The position numbers and the translations under genes are program-made. A stretch of DNA of 63,986 nucleotides from Paraspadella gotoi (taxonomy: Eukaryota; Animalia; Chaetognatha): NCBI GenBank assembly GCA_051294375.1, contig CM119267.1:3840759-3904744 (forward strand), written 5' to 3'. Below are positions 36,443-48,010 of the stretch, piece by piece. Below the pieces are notes generated by a model, which ran no database searches, was not told where the DNA came from, and saw only the letters and a program-made list of their open reading frames with translations. Each line of letters begins with the position of its first letter. Positions within the stretch are counted from its first letter, which is position 1.

Positions 36443-37149
36443 GGGTAAGGTGCAGCGAGGGATATCAAAAAATTTCGAAGACCGTTGACTGAAATTTAGT
36501 CGTCGTCGTCGTCGTCTTTTTTGCAGTAATCGAGTCCGGCCAACTTGGTATAGGGTAAGCTCGAGTTAGTAGTAGTAGTACTAATAGTAGTAGTAGTACT
36601 AAGTTCTATACAAAGGTTATCATACAGCCGAAACGTGTCCGTTTTCCTTCTTCTTGTAAAATAAACAAATTTTGTCGTTGTTGTCACCTGATATGAAACT
36701 GTATGGAATTGGTATACAACAAATTAAAAAGTTTGAGGCGACTTACCACTGGCCTCCGTTACTGTCCTTCCTTCTAATCTCTTTCGGGTCGGTCAGTGAC
36801 TACGGTCACTTCGCCCACTTCGACCTTAGATCTTAGACCGGACGCATCAATAGGACCGACGAGACCCAGAGACCCTAAGGTCATGTTATCCATTCATTCA
36901 ATAAATTAAAGATTTCTTGCCGAGCAGCTGTCTCTTACTCTTTTTATGGTCGTTTGGTCAATTTTTCGGCCAATTTTTCGATCGCTTGGCATTTTTTACT
37001 GGCCACTACTTGAAACCTCACAGAATGCGTTTCCTCCTGTTAGAAATCCTGTTTGACGAGTTTTTGATGTACTTTTTTCATGATAGAATAAAGGTTAGAC
37101 GAAATAACATTTTTTTAAAGTTTTTCACAACGAATTTTATTTTTGTAAC

Positions 37150-37192
37150 AGCACACATGTTTCGAACGTGCATTTCGTTCTTCATCAGTGCT
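37150..37192 (-). ncRNA. Minimal type-I hammerhead ribozyme motif, Penelope-like retroelement type
   Basis: Minus strand AGCA-CTGATGA-A-GAACG(aaatgca)CGTTC-GAA-ACATGT-G-TGCT: core boxes, 5-bp stem II, palindromic stem III, 4-bp stem I, followed by AATAAA. The cleavage-site base is G, so it is probably inactive. Confidence 0.65.
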
Positions 37193-37787
37193 TTATCTGA
37201 ATTACATAAAATTTGGTAGTTTAATGTTGATATTGAGAGAGAGAAGACAAAAGGATAAAGCTTCCAACAAAGGATTGAGGGAAAGGCAACATTAGAGGGT
37301 GAGGACAGCTGAAGTTTTAGCTCAGATTGAGGGATACAGAAGTGAAAAGAAAATGAAATGAAATGAAAAAACAAACAGGAAAAAGGTTCAAATATTTATT
37401 GCGACTTTCTTCTTCAACTCGTGATAAACCCTTCGAACGGGGCGAAGCTAAAATAGTAAAATAGTAAGGGCGAAGACAAAACTTCTTCACACCGACTTTG
37501 GACAGGCGATTTCCGTTGGACACCATTTTTGTTTTCTGACGGAGTTTTATTAAAAATCTCACTTGCTTTTTCTTATTTAATTTATTGGTTATTGGTTGGT
37601 AGGCAAGTTGGTTGGTTGGGAAAGAGAAGCAATATCACCGAGTATTAAATTGGTAGAACCAATATATAAATTATTGATTCATTCAATCACTAAGATATCT
37701 TGTCCCCTTACTTAGGCTATGGTAGACTCAATCATTCTTATAAGATATTTCATAAAATTCTGCTCCTTGTATTTTGATGCTGTACAA

Positions 37788-38343
37788 TAAGGCGTAGTGA
37801 AAGTTGCAGATTAAAATTCGAATAGTTTGATTGATATATAAAAAAAAATGTTTTTAATTTATAAAGTTTCGCATATGCCCATATTTATACAGTACTTACC
37901 ATAGAAAATTTCAAAAAAATGAAAAATAAGTTTTTTTTAGTTTTGAAAGCAGATTCGAATTTCCCATTAAAAGTTGATAGAAGAAAATATAAGTTTTAAT
38001 CAAAAATCATTTCATTAAGTTAGCTAAAAAATTTTTAAAATTTTAATTAAATTATAGGTTAACTATAACAGTTAAGATTTTAACCCACTTAATGAATAAT
38101 TTTCTAAAAAGAGTTATATTTACTTTTATCAACTTTTCGTGAGGAATTCGAATCTGCTTTCAAAAATAGGAAAAAAACATTTTAAAATTTTACCATTTTT
38201 ATGTATAAATATGGGCGTATGCAAAAATTGAAAAATAAAAAAATAAATTTTTTTATTTAAAAATGTTCATAGGTACAAGCCAGTTTATGATCTACTATTC
38301 GAATTTTGATTCTACTCGAGTTTAATATTTTTGCTACGCTTTA
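37788..38343. mobile_element. Palindromic MITE sharing an inner core with the 5615-6595 element
   Basis: Termini TAAGGCGTAGTGAAA / TTTGCTACGCTTTA. Inner inverted pairs TTTGAAAGCAGATTCGAATT / AATTCGAATCTGCTTTCAAA and AAAAGTTGATA / TATCAACTTTT. No clear TSD. Confidence 0.7.
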
Positions 38344-38400
38344 CGTATTCCTCGATCTAATACTTAAGGGAGTGTTCTTTTTATACAATTGAAACATTAT

Positions 38401-38600
38401 ACCACTTCATTGATAGGGAAGCCAGGTACTCTGGGAGTGAATAAACGAGACTGTGTGAGAGTCTTTTTTAAAAGCTTGCAGGGACCTGCTATGTCATTAT
38501 CTTGTAAGAGTGATGTAGGCCTTAAACCACCAAAGCCTGTCCAAAGTCAGAGGCAAGATAGCTTAGTTATTAACTGAATGGATAATTTTTATGTTTGTAT
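38401..38600 (+). repeat. Unclassified ~200-bp interspersed repeat, family R3
   Basis: CCACTTCATTGATAGGGAAGCCAGGTA..CTGGGAGT..AAAGCTTGCAGGGACCTGCTATG..CCAAAGTCAG.GGCAAGATAGCTTA. Also at 3337-3422(+), 7411-7616(-), 11660-11870(-), ~24075-24200(+), 37648-37752(-), 53567-53735(+). Confidence 0.8.
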
Positions 38601-39860
38601 TGAACTAAGTTCGGAGAAGTGGCTGTCTTTGAATTTTAACTGTCTAGGCTTATTCTGCGCATTGAAGACCAAATAAATTCGGGTATAAATGGCGCAGAAG
38701 AGACGATGACGCCGGTCATGACGCCCTGGAGATGATGACCACAAAGTCTCAGTAGATTACGTCGGCTAAGGCCGAAAGGACGACGATCTACAAATCCCAG
38801 GACTTGACGAAAGGTCAATGACGTGTCTGATGCTTGTGAGAATAGTCTGTAGTTGTTTGTAGTAGTCTTGAGTCGTAGTCTGTAGTAGTTAGAAGTCTTG
38901 GGCAAGGAATAACAAAACATTTAGTACAAACTCAACAAATATATATAAGTTTAAAGTGTCTTTTACTTGTTTCTGAAGCCAATAATAAACAAAAAGAGAT
39001 GCTTCTCTCATAGAAAAGTTCAAACCAGCGATCACACAAAAAATAAGATTCCGAGATATCTAAAAAGAGTTTAAATGCTCTGAAAAGAACTAAAAACCCA
39101 GTGACAACTTTGAGATCTGAAGATACCACGTGGACAAAATTCGAAATCACGGGAACCAATCAGAATCAGCTGTACACTGCCTTCGGAATTCTGTACTTAG
39201 GTATAAACAAAAGAGAGCCTAAAGATGTCGTGGCGATCGCTAGAACGGAGGCATTTTCGATGTCAGTAATAAAGAAGCATGGAGAGAAAAGGTAGAGAAG
39301 CTGGATTTCCTCGTAATATAAAAGATAGTTATTTCGTAACAATGTTGGTTGTACCAATTTGAAAATAACCAAGAAAAACCCTTGTATAATTTTTGCTTCA
39401 TCCCGAAAACGTGATCATTTGTTAGCCCCACTTCCGCTTTTTGTTTTTCACTGCTTCGAATTTCTGCTTATTCAACGCCGTTTATTTTGAAGTTTAAACG
39501 CCGATTTATTGTTCATTTATCGTTGATGTAATCGTTTAAATAGTGTGATTATTTTAATTGCGTTTATTAACTTTATAATGAAACATTTTATATTAAACTG
39601 TTATTTTGTCTGTTTTTCAGCCCAGCGGATTCTTTCGATTATTTACGGCTTCTTTCTCGGATTCCCTTCCGATTTCTCATCGGATTCTCACGTATGTTTA
39701 CTGCTGCATTTCGGTTCCAATTACCGTTTCTTGACGGTCTCTTATCGGCTTCTTTTACGGCTTCCTTTATGGGTTTTAAATCATTATGAAATATGAAATA
39801 TTATGGATATTTGCTTACTTTAAATGTTTATACTGTGGCTACGAATTCGTTTATATATGT

Positions 39861-40362
39861 AACAAGTTTGAGCAAACTGTCGGATCTGCCCACGATCTTT
39901 ATCGGTAATTAATTATTAATTAATTATTTAAGTTAATATTATTTAATTAATGATTAATTAACTAATTGATTAATTATTTGATTAATTAATACATCTTGCA
40001 TTTACATTTAAAATAAAAAGAAAAAGAAGCATAATCAATTAGTGAAATAGGTTGTTTTATCCATTTAAACTCATTTCCATTCAAACGATTCCATCGAAAC
40101 TTCATATACAGCTCAATCACACACTTCCTTACCCACACACAAAATTTTATTCCAATCCATCCATCCAATCACGAGTAATTGGTCTTTTTTTGCTAAGGTG
40201 GGACGGACGGACATCGTTGTTTTTTTTTTTTGCATAATTTATCATAAATCGATGTTCTGACATGATATAAGCGAGTGCCCAACAATATTGAAGGGGCGCA
40301 CCGACGGACCGACAAAGTGAATTACAGAGTCGGGATCTGCTGAAAGCAGATCCGACTAAAAA
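39861..40362 (+). mobile_element. Helentron/DINE-1-like non-autonomous element, family H2 (compact full copy)
   Basis: 5' AACAAGTTTGAGCAAAC-TGTCGGATCTGC; GGACGGACGGAC microsatellite; terminal hairpin GTCGG(G)ATCTGC-TGAAA-GCAGATCCGAC then TAAAAAA. This subTIR + microsatellite + 3' stem-loop layout is that of DINE-1/HINE elements. Confidence 0.75.
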
Positions 40363-41288
40363 ATATGCCTAAACTTTGAAACACGTCTACAATGTACGAC
40401 ACAGTAAGTGTCCCCTCCTAGGTTTAGTTAGAAACCATAACAACCCTGCTATCTAAACGAGTAAAATATTCCAATTTTAGACAAATTTTAAGTACCTTAA
40501 AAATAACAAGTTTGAACAAACAATGCCTGATATGCTCACCATAATTTTGCGGTAATTAAATTTTGTAATTATATACTCAATCATTATTATTATTATTATT
40601 ATTCGTTAGCTTTGACACGATGACTAATCGAGTCTCATCTCTGACTTTGGCGCCAAGCGGTAAAGAGCCAATCAAATGTCGCGCCTCGACCATTACCCGT
40701 TAGGTTCGACCCTCTGGCGGCAGCTTTGACCCCTGACTGACCGCATTGACCCACATTTGGCCGCGTCGCTTGGCAACGGGAACTCTTTCTTTCTCTCTCT
40801 CTTTCTGTGGGAGACTGTATTAAAAAACATTGTTTGAGCACTTAGCTCTAACCTAATTTTTACCTTGTAGATTACACTCTCAAAAATAAGAATCAATCCA
40901 AATCGAGATTTTAATAATAAAATAATCAGAGCAACAAGAGTGAGCTACTGAGAAATAGAGAGCCAGAGAGAGAGCTCGAGAGAGAGCTCAAAGCTGTACA
41001 AAAATAATAATTTAAATGATTAGAATTCATTTCAAAAAGTTACAAATATTTCATTATGTTACCTAATGTTTCCTGGGCAATCTCCTAAAAGTTCAAAGTT
41101 TACTTGCCCTTTTATACTTCTTTAAAATTTAAATAGACCAATTAAAAACGACTTTCGACTTTTGAGAATACTACCAATAATTGGATCAGAAAGGTCTCGT
41201 CCAATCAGAATTAAGAACCAAATAATAACCAATGAAATCATAGAATAGAGGACGAGTTTGAGAATTAAAGCTAGTAACGTTATTGGTA

Positions 41289-41410
41289 TTCCATATAAAA
41301 CCGAATATTAATTTCGAAAACTAATTAAATATTTCTAAACTATTTAACATTCCATATAAAACCGAATATTAATTTTGAAAATTAATTAAATATTTATAAA
41401 CTATTTAACA
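41289..41410. repeat. ~61-bp direct repeat x2
   Basis: TTCCATATAAAACCGAATATTAATTT.GAAAA.TAATTAAATATTT.TAAACTATTTAACA twice. Confidence 0.9.
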
Positions 41411-42253
41411 CTCTCCTTCTCCGCGGGGCTGTTTTACTCTCTTCTATACTCTTCTCTTCTCTTTCCCTTTTCTCTCCCTTTCTTCTGTCTTTAATCCTCG
41501 TCGCTTTTCGTTCCTTCCCACCTCTCTTTTCCTCTCTCTCCCCTTCTTTTCTTTTCTCATCTCTTTTCATTCCTCCTCACCTCTCTTTTCCTCTCTCTCT
41601 CCTTCTTTCATCCCCATTTCTCATTTTTTCTCTCTCCCCTTCTTTCCTTTCCTCTTCTCTTTTCATTCCTCCCCACCTCTCTTCTCTCTCTCCCCTTCTT
41701 TCCTTTCCTACTCTCTTTTCATTCCTCCGCACCTCTTTTCCTCTCTCGCTCAGCAGGCGCCTCGGGGTGACAGGCGTCAGTTTATCAGTCATCTCTTTTT
41801 CTCTGCTTCTGTGACGTTTTGACGATTACATTTGCGTCTTACCTTTCTGCCTTACCTTCCCTTACCTTTGCGTCTTACCTTTCTGCCCACGATCACCGCC
41901 TCTTCCTCCTCTTCTTTCTTTTCCTCTTCCTCCTCCTCTTCCTCCTCCTATTTCTTTCCCTCTTCCTTCTCCTCTTCCTCTTTCCTTCCTCTTCTCTTAA
42001 AGGTGAAGGAGAGAGGGGGAGAGCATCGATGACAAAACCGCAAATTGGGTCAGCGGGTAGAATCGTGTGCGGAAGCTTGGGGGAGGGATGGAAGAGAGAA
42101 AATGGGATCGAGAGAGAGAGAGAGAGAGAGAGAAAGAGGAGAGACCTCTTGGCGGATGAAAGAAAAAAAGAGTCGTTCCCTTATTTTTATGTCATTACCG
42201 CCTCGAATATCCGGGGATAATCTGTCGACATTACCATCGTCTCTCTCCTCTCT

Positions 42254-42313
<60 letters not shown>

Positions 42314-42691
42314 CAAAATGACGAATCTTCCTTTCCCTCACCCACTATTTCCACCTCATCCACCCCCATCCCCCCCAACCCACCATTCCCCCTATCTCCC
42401 CCAACCGGAAAATAGAGCTCGTGCGAGTCCATAACTCGTTCGCGAGTCGTTAGATTCATATTTCGCTTTTTAGCGAAGCTTAATAAAATTCATTCCAAAC
42501 GTAATTTTCATATTCATCGTATATTCATCGTTCGGTTATGTGACTTGGATTCAGGGAATTTTCTCTTTTCGCGGAGAGAGAGAGAGAGAGTTATATTGGG
42601 GGAAAAGGGACAAAGAACAATCATATTTTGTCGTTGTACTTAATTGTTGATAGTAAATTTGTGCAAGAAAATTCTTAACTTAGTTGTTCTT

Positions 42692-42914
42692 CGATTTAAA
42701 AAAATTCAAGGTTAAATCAAAACATAGTAATTCTCAGTATGATTGACGATTTAAAAAAAATTCAAGGTTGAATCAAAACATAGTAATTCTCAGTATGATT
42801 GACGATTTAAAAAAATTCAAGGTTAAATCAAAACATAGTAATTCTCAGTATGATTGACGATTTAAAAAAATTCAAGGTTAAATCAAAACATAGTAATTCT
42901 CAGTATGATTGACG
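42692..42914. repeat. 55-56-bp tandem repeat x4
   Basis: CGATTTAAAAAAATTCAAGGTTAAATCAAAACATAGTAATTCTCAGTATGATTGA; near-identical units without spacers. Confidence 0.95.
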
Positions 42915-43439
42915 CAAATCTTGAAATAATTGTGCAATAAAAGCAAAACGTAATTATAAAAGATATTAAAAGAAAAGAAAAAAAAAAGCAGAAAATATTT
43001 TTTTATTTTTCTCTCTTTGTGTCGAAAGAAAATTTCTTGTTTTTCTGTCAGACTCAGGATTTCTAAGAAGTCTTGCCAACGCCTTACCTCTGGGTAAGGC
43101 GAGGTAATAATCAAAGGATTTTTAACCTGGAGTTTTCATTGTTTTCTCGGATTAAGTCGTCGCGTTGGTGAAACCTGTTGGGAGAAAAACAATGGGAAAA
43201 CAAAACCAAAACAATTCCCAACTAAGTTTTTTAAAATTATTTTTTCATATTATTTTTACGGAAAACTGTTCAACAACTGAAATCGTTTGTAACTTTACTA
43301 CTTCAGATTTACTAGGCATAGGTATCATGTTATCATAATATCATGGTTTGTGAGTACTGAGTTGTTTTTCTTGTCTCCTTCATTTTTCTCTTGATTCGAA
43401 GATTAAATTCTTTTCTTCTTTCCGCCTTTCTTTTCTTTC

Positions 43440-43503
<64 letters not shown>

Positions 43504-43877
43504 CATATACTTGAAGTTCGCGGACCCAATTTCGGTCACTCTATTGTTTTCCGGCTGCCGGCTATTGTTCTCCTCCGTCCGCGGCTCAGGTCGCGGACCT
43601 GACCCGAACCTGACCCCGACGGGTCATTCTCTTTTCTTCTCTTCTCTTCTCTTTCTCTCTCGCCGCGGCATCCGGGCTTCAATGATCGGAGTCCGCGATA
43701 CCGACGGAGCTGAAGATCGCAGATCTAGTCTTTTTTTCTGCTCATTCCTTTAATTAAAAAAATAATGAAAGATAAAAAATAAAATAGTAAAAAAAATTAC
43801 AACAAAAAAAAAAGAAGGAAAGAAGAAAAAAAGACAGAAAGAAAGAAAAAAAAATTACTTCAAATTAACAAATTGAA

Positions 43878-43922
43878 TTGGCACTGAAGAAGACTCGTAT
43901 GTGAGTCGAAACATATCCGTTT
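43878..43922 (+). ncRNA. Degenerate minimal hammerhead ribozyme motif
   Basis: GGCA-CTGAAGA-A-GACTC(gtatgt)GAGTC-GAA-ACATAT-C-CGTT followed by AATAAA; perfect stem II, decayed stems I and III. Confidence 0.55.
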
Positions 43923-45402
43923 CATTATAAAATAAAATCATTGTTGTATCTCTTTTTAAAAACTTTTTCTAAATCAATTAACAATGAAACAGAAAGGAAA
44001 AACACAATAAGAACAAAAGAAGAAAAAAAGATCAGTTGTATTAAACCAAGTTTGAGCAAACAATGTCGGATCAATGTAATCAGCTAAATAAATAAATACT
44101 AAAGAAAAAATAATTACAAATAAAGTGCAAATAATTTTTTTTAACTATTATTATTTTTTCCACTTGTAACATTTTTTATACCCATATCATTTTTTCAACT
44201 TGTTAAAATAACAATGTTAAAAACTGTGGAAGAATTTTTTTTTAAATTGACATTTAGGTAATTGAATTAAATTTAATAGGAATTAAATCAATTTAATGTT
44301 AAAGTGATTAAAAAAAAAGGTTTTATTTGCAGTATTTAAATTTAAAATTTATAATTAGATGAATTGTACAAAATTCATTATTAGTAAAAAAAAGAGAAAT
44401 CACTGAGGCCCAACAACTTGAACTTGCTGGTTCGTGTTTAATTCGTTAGTAGCTTTAAAATTCAACAAAAAGGCAAACGTTTTCACTTATTTTTATCCAT
44501 GGTAGTTATTAGTTTTTAATAGTGTTTAATTTTGTGCTGTATTTTAACTTTTTCTTGTCATTTGTTTGTAAATAAATTTTCCTTTTTTATTTCCTTTATT
44601 TATTAGAAATCTATCATGAAATTAAATTCACTAAAACTTCAGTCTTGAGTGTACTTCAGGTAAAAATTTTTTAAAAAAAAGTTCAATTTTAATGCTTTTA
44701 TTGTTGCTATCAAAATTACAATATTACTATAAAAGGATAAAATTTTTTTTAAATAATCTTAACTTTTGATAGATTCTGATAGAGCATAAAAAGCTAAATA
44801 AAAAATATAACTACAACTTTCAAAATTAAGAAAAAGTGAAATTATCAAAAGATGAGGATGATTATAAATATTTTTTCATATTTTTTGAAACATTAATTTC
44901 GGACATGTTTTGGCTTCAGTGCAAAAACGAATTGATTTTTTTTTAAATTTATTTTATTTTTAAATTTTTTTTTCATTTTTTTATCATTTACTATAATATT
45001 TTTTTAAAAATTATAATCGTTGTCACAAAAACAACGAAAAAGAAAAGCAATTATCCAAAAAATAAGTAAAAACTAAAAAAAAATCTTCCGTCCGTGACCA
45101 CGATCCCCGGACGTAGTCCTATTGATTCGCGGATTTCTCCCGATCAGAGATTATTTCTCCCGATCCGCGACCAAAGATTGGACAAAGATTGGCCAAAGAT
45201 TGGCCGAAGATTGGCCGGCCGACGTGGTCCGGAATGGTGGACAAAAGGCTCGGTNNNNNNNNNNNNNNNNNNNNNNNNNGGCCGGACATGTGGGCTCCTC
45301 GCCCGCGCGAATCTCGAGTATTCAGCCATGCGCGAAAGAATAGAGGACTCTCTCTCATCTCTCTCTCGCTCTCTCTCTCTCTCTCTTCTCTCTCTGCTCT
45401 CT

Positions 45403-45468
<66 letters not shown>

Positions 45469-45521
45469 TCTCTTCTCTCTTCTCTTCTTCTCTCTCTTCT
45501 CTCCTCTTCTTCTTCTTCTCT

Positions 45522-45604
<83 letters not shown>

Positions 45605-46650
45605 CCATCTTGTCTCTTCCAAAAACGATATTAAGCATAATGATTCAAAGACAGTAACGCAATTGGTCCCGATTTCGGACGGCAATACAAATTAATGGGG
45701 TAAAATAACTTACTTGTTACCTTAAGTTTAAAACTGAAAGCTTAGTTAGTTATATCAATTTCAAGATAAAGTGTATGGCAGTATTAATTATTGTGGTGTA
45801 TAGATTAATGTTTTGAAATCTTTAGAGTATGGGAAATTTTTCTCGACTTGAAAATTCCATCCAAAAAAATCTCGGGTTCGCATCAAACTCGCGATACAAG
45901 TCGTGTTTTGGAAACAACAAAAACTGTATTGACGTGTGGCGATTTGCAATAACCCCATAGGTGGCGAGAGCGAGGAAGGAGAGAGAAATAGCGAGCGGAG
46001 AGATGAGAGAGCAGAAGTCAGTTAGAGAGAGAGAGGGAGAGATGCAGAGAGAGACGAGAGGAGAGAGAACTATCCGGATAAATAAGCAAAAGTAGTTGGT
46101 CAATAGAATTTATGATGTTTCGTCGTCGTTCGGACCTTCGTCGTCGTCGCTCGTCATCTTTTTCCGTCTCGATTTTCTATCATCGAGACGCGAATCAAAA
46201 TTTCTGTTCGCGATGTTTTCTATGGGTTCTGAGTCTGATTTGTTACAATTAAAACCAACCCTAATACAGACAATTAAACGAAAATGCAATTTAAGTTATT
46301 ATAGTAAATTACAAAGTGCCGTAAATCTCCTGCTGTCTTTTTTTGTTGCTCACGGCTTACAAGATGACGACTTGATTGATTGAATTTGATTGATTGGAGT
46401 TTGTTGAAATAATTAATTGAATGATATTGATTGAATAACTTGAATGATTGATTTTTTTCAATTATTCATACCTTAATAATTATTTTGTTTATTCATTAAT
46501 TTAGTAATTCATGGAGTGTTATTCCTTAATAAATCCATTAATTCATTTATTGTTGGTTACAACCAAACGCAAAAGCCGCGCTGTGCATTTGGGAGATGGA
46601 GACCGCACGTTCCTTCAAATCAATTGATCATTCGAATCTCTCTTCTCTCT

Positions 46651-46692
<42 letters not shown>

Positions 46693-47684
46693 TCTCTCTC
46701 CTCTCTTCCTGCTCTCTCTCTTTCTTCTCTCTTCTCTTTCGCCCTCTCTCCTCTCTTCTCTCTCGCCTCTCTCATGCGCTTTTGATTTGTTTTGCCGTTC
46801 ATATTAACAAGCTTCTTGTTTTCTTGCTTGTGATTCGCTTTTCGTTTCGCGTGTTTATTTTCTGTCGTCGTCGTTCAGTACGTCGTGTTTCGTTCCGCCG
46901 GCCCAAATTCCGGAAACTCGAGAAAGCGGAAAATAAAAAGAAAAAAAGAAACAGGAGAAAATAGAAAAAAAAAAAAAAAACCAACAGAAAAAAACCGATT
47001 TGGAATCAGAGGAGTTCGCATCCGTCACTCGGATTTTCTCTTCTCGATATTAAATTCCAAAAATATTGTTTCTTTATCGCCCCTTAAGTCATTTTCTGGA
47101 ATCTATTCTTCTTTCTCTTTCCCAGTCTTTCTCCCAGTCTCTCTCTCTCTCTCCCACTCCCTCCCTCCCACTCTCCCCGGAATTTTATCGAAAATATTTT
47201 CAATTATTCCATAAATATAATCATAAAAATAATTCCTAAAAGAGAGCTTCTCCAATAATATAGTTTTCACATACGAGGCTACAAAGGTTCAGACATCTTG
47301 GGGGGGNNNNNNNNNNNNNNNNNNNNNNNNNNNNNNNNNNNNNNNNNNNNNNNNNNNNNNNNNNNNNNNNNNNNNNNNNNNNNNNNNNNNNNNNNNNNNN
47401 NNNNNNNNNNNNNNNNNNNNNNNNNNNNNNNNNNNNNNNNNNNNNNNNNNNNNNNNNNNNNNNNNNNNNNNNNNNNNNNNNNNNNNNNNNNNNNNNNNNN
47501 NNNNNNNNNNNNNNNNNNNNNNNNNNNNNNNNNNNNNNNNNNNNNNNNNNNNNNNNNNNNNNNNNNNNNNNNNNNNNNNNNNNNNNNNNNNNNNNNNNNN
47601 NNNNNNNNNNNNNNNNNNNNNNNNNNNNNNNNNNNNNAGAGAGAATTTCCGAAGGAAAACGAATTGCAATTCGGTGCCAGAAGG

Positions 47685-48010
47685 GGAAAGCAAAGGCCAC
47701 TCACCTCCTTGGCCTCCCCCTCTCCATGGAAAGGCCAATAACCCCCTCAAAACTTCACCTGAGAAAGAAGCGAATGTAAATGCCACTCACCGCCTTGGCC
47801 TCCCCTACTTGGAAAGGCCAATAACCCCCTCGAATACCACCTATGAAAGAAAGAGAAAGTAGAGTACACTCACCGTCTCGCTCTAACCCTCAAGGAAAGG
47901 TCACTCCCTCGTATCTCACTTATGAAAAAAGGGAAAGCAAAGGCCACTCTCCACCTTGGCCTCCCCCCTTCCACGGAAAGGCCAATAATCTCTCCAACCT
48001 CATCTAAGAA
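47685..48010. repeat. ~80-bp degenerate tandem repeat x4
   Basis: GCCACTCACC.CCTTGGCCTCCCC...GGAAAGGCCAATAACCCCCTC recurs. Confidence 0.75.

Noticed and set aside
38640-38830. GC-rich patch resembling an exon
   Set aside because: The plus-strand frames examined hit stops; no consistent acceptor/donor pair or recognisable protein.
39620-39691. Small AG...GT-bounded segment (ttttcAG|ccc...cac|GTATGT) as an extra host exon
   Set aside because: No codon bias or recognisable peptide, it sits among transposon debris, and exons B and C already join in phase without it.
42692-42914. Regular 55-bp repeats as a CRISPR array
   Set aside because: Units are contiguous with no unique spacers, there are no cas genes, and the context is eukaryotic.
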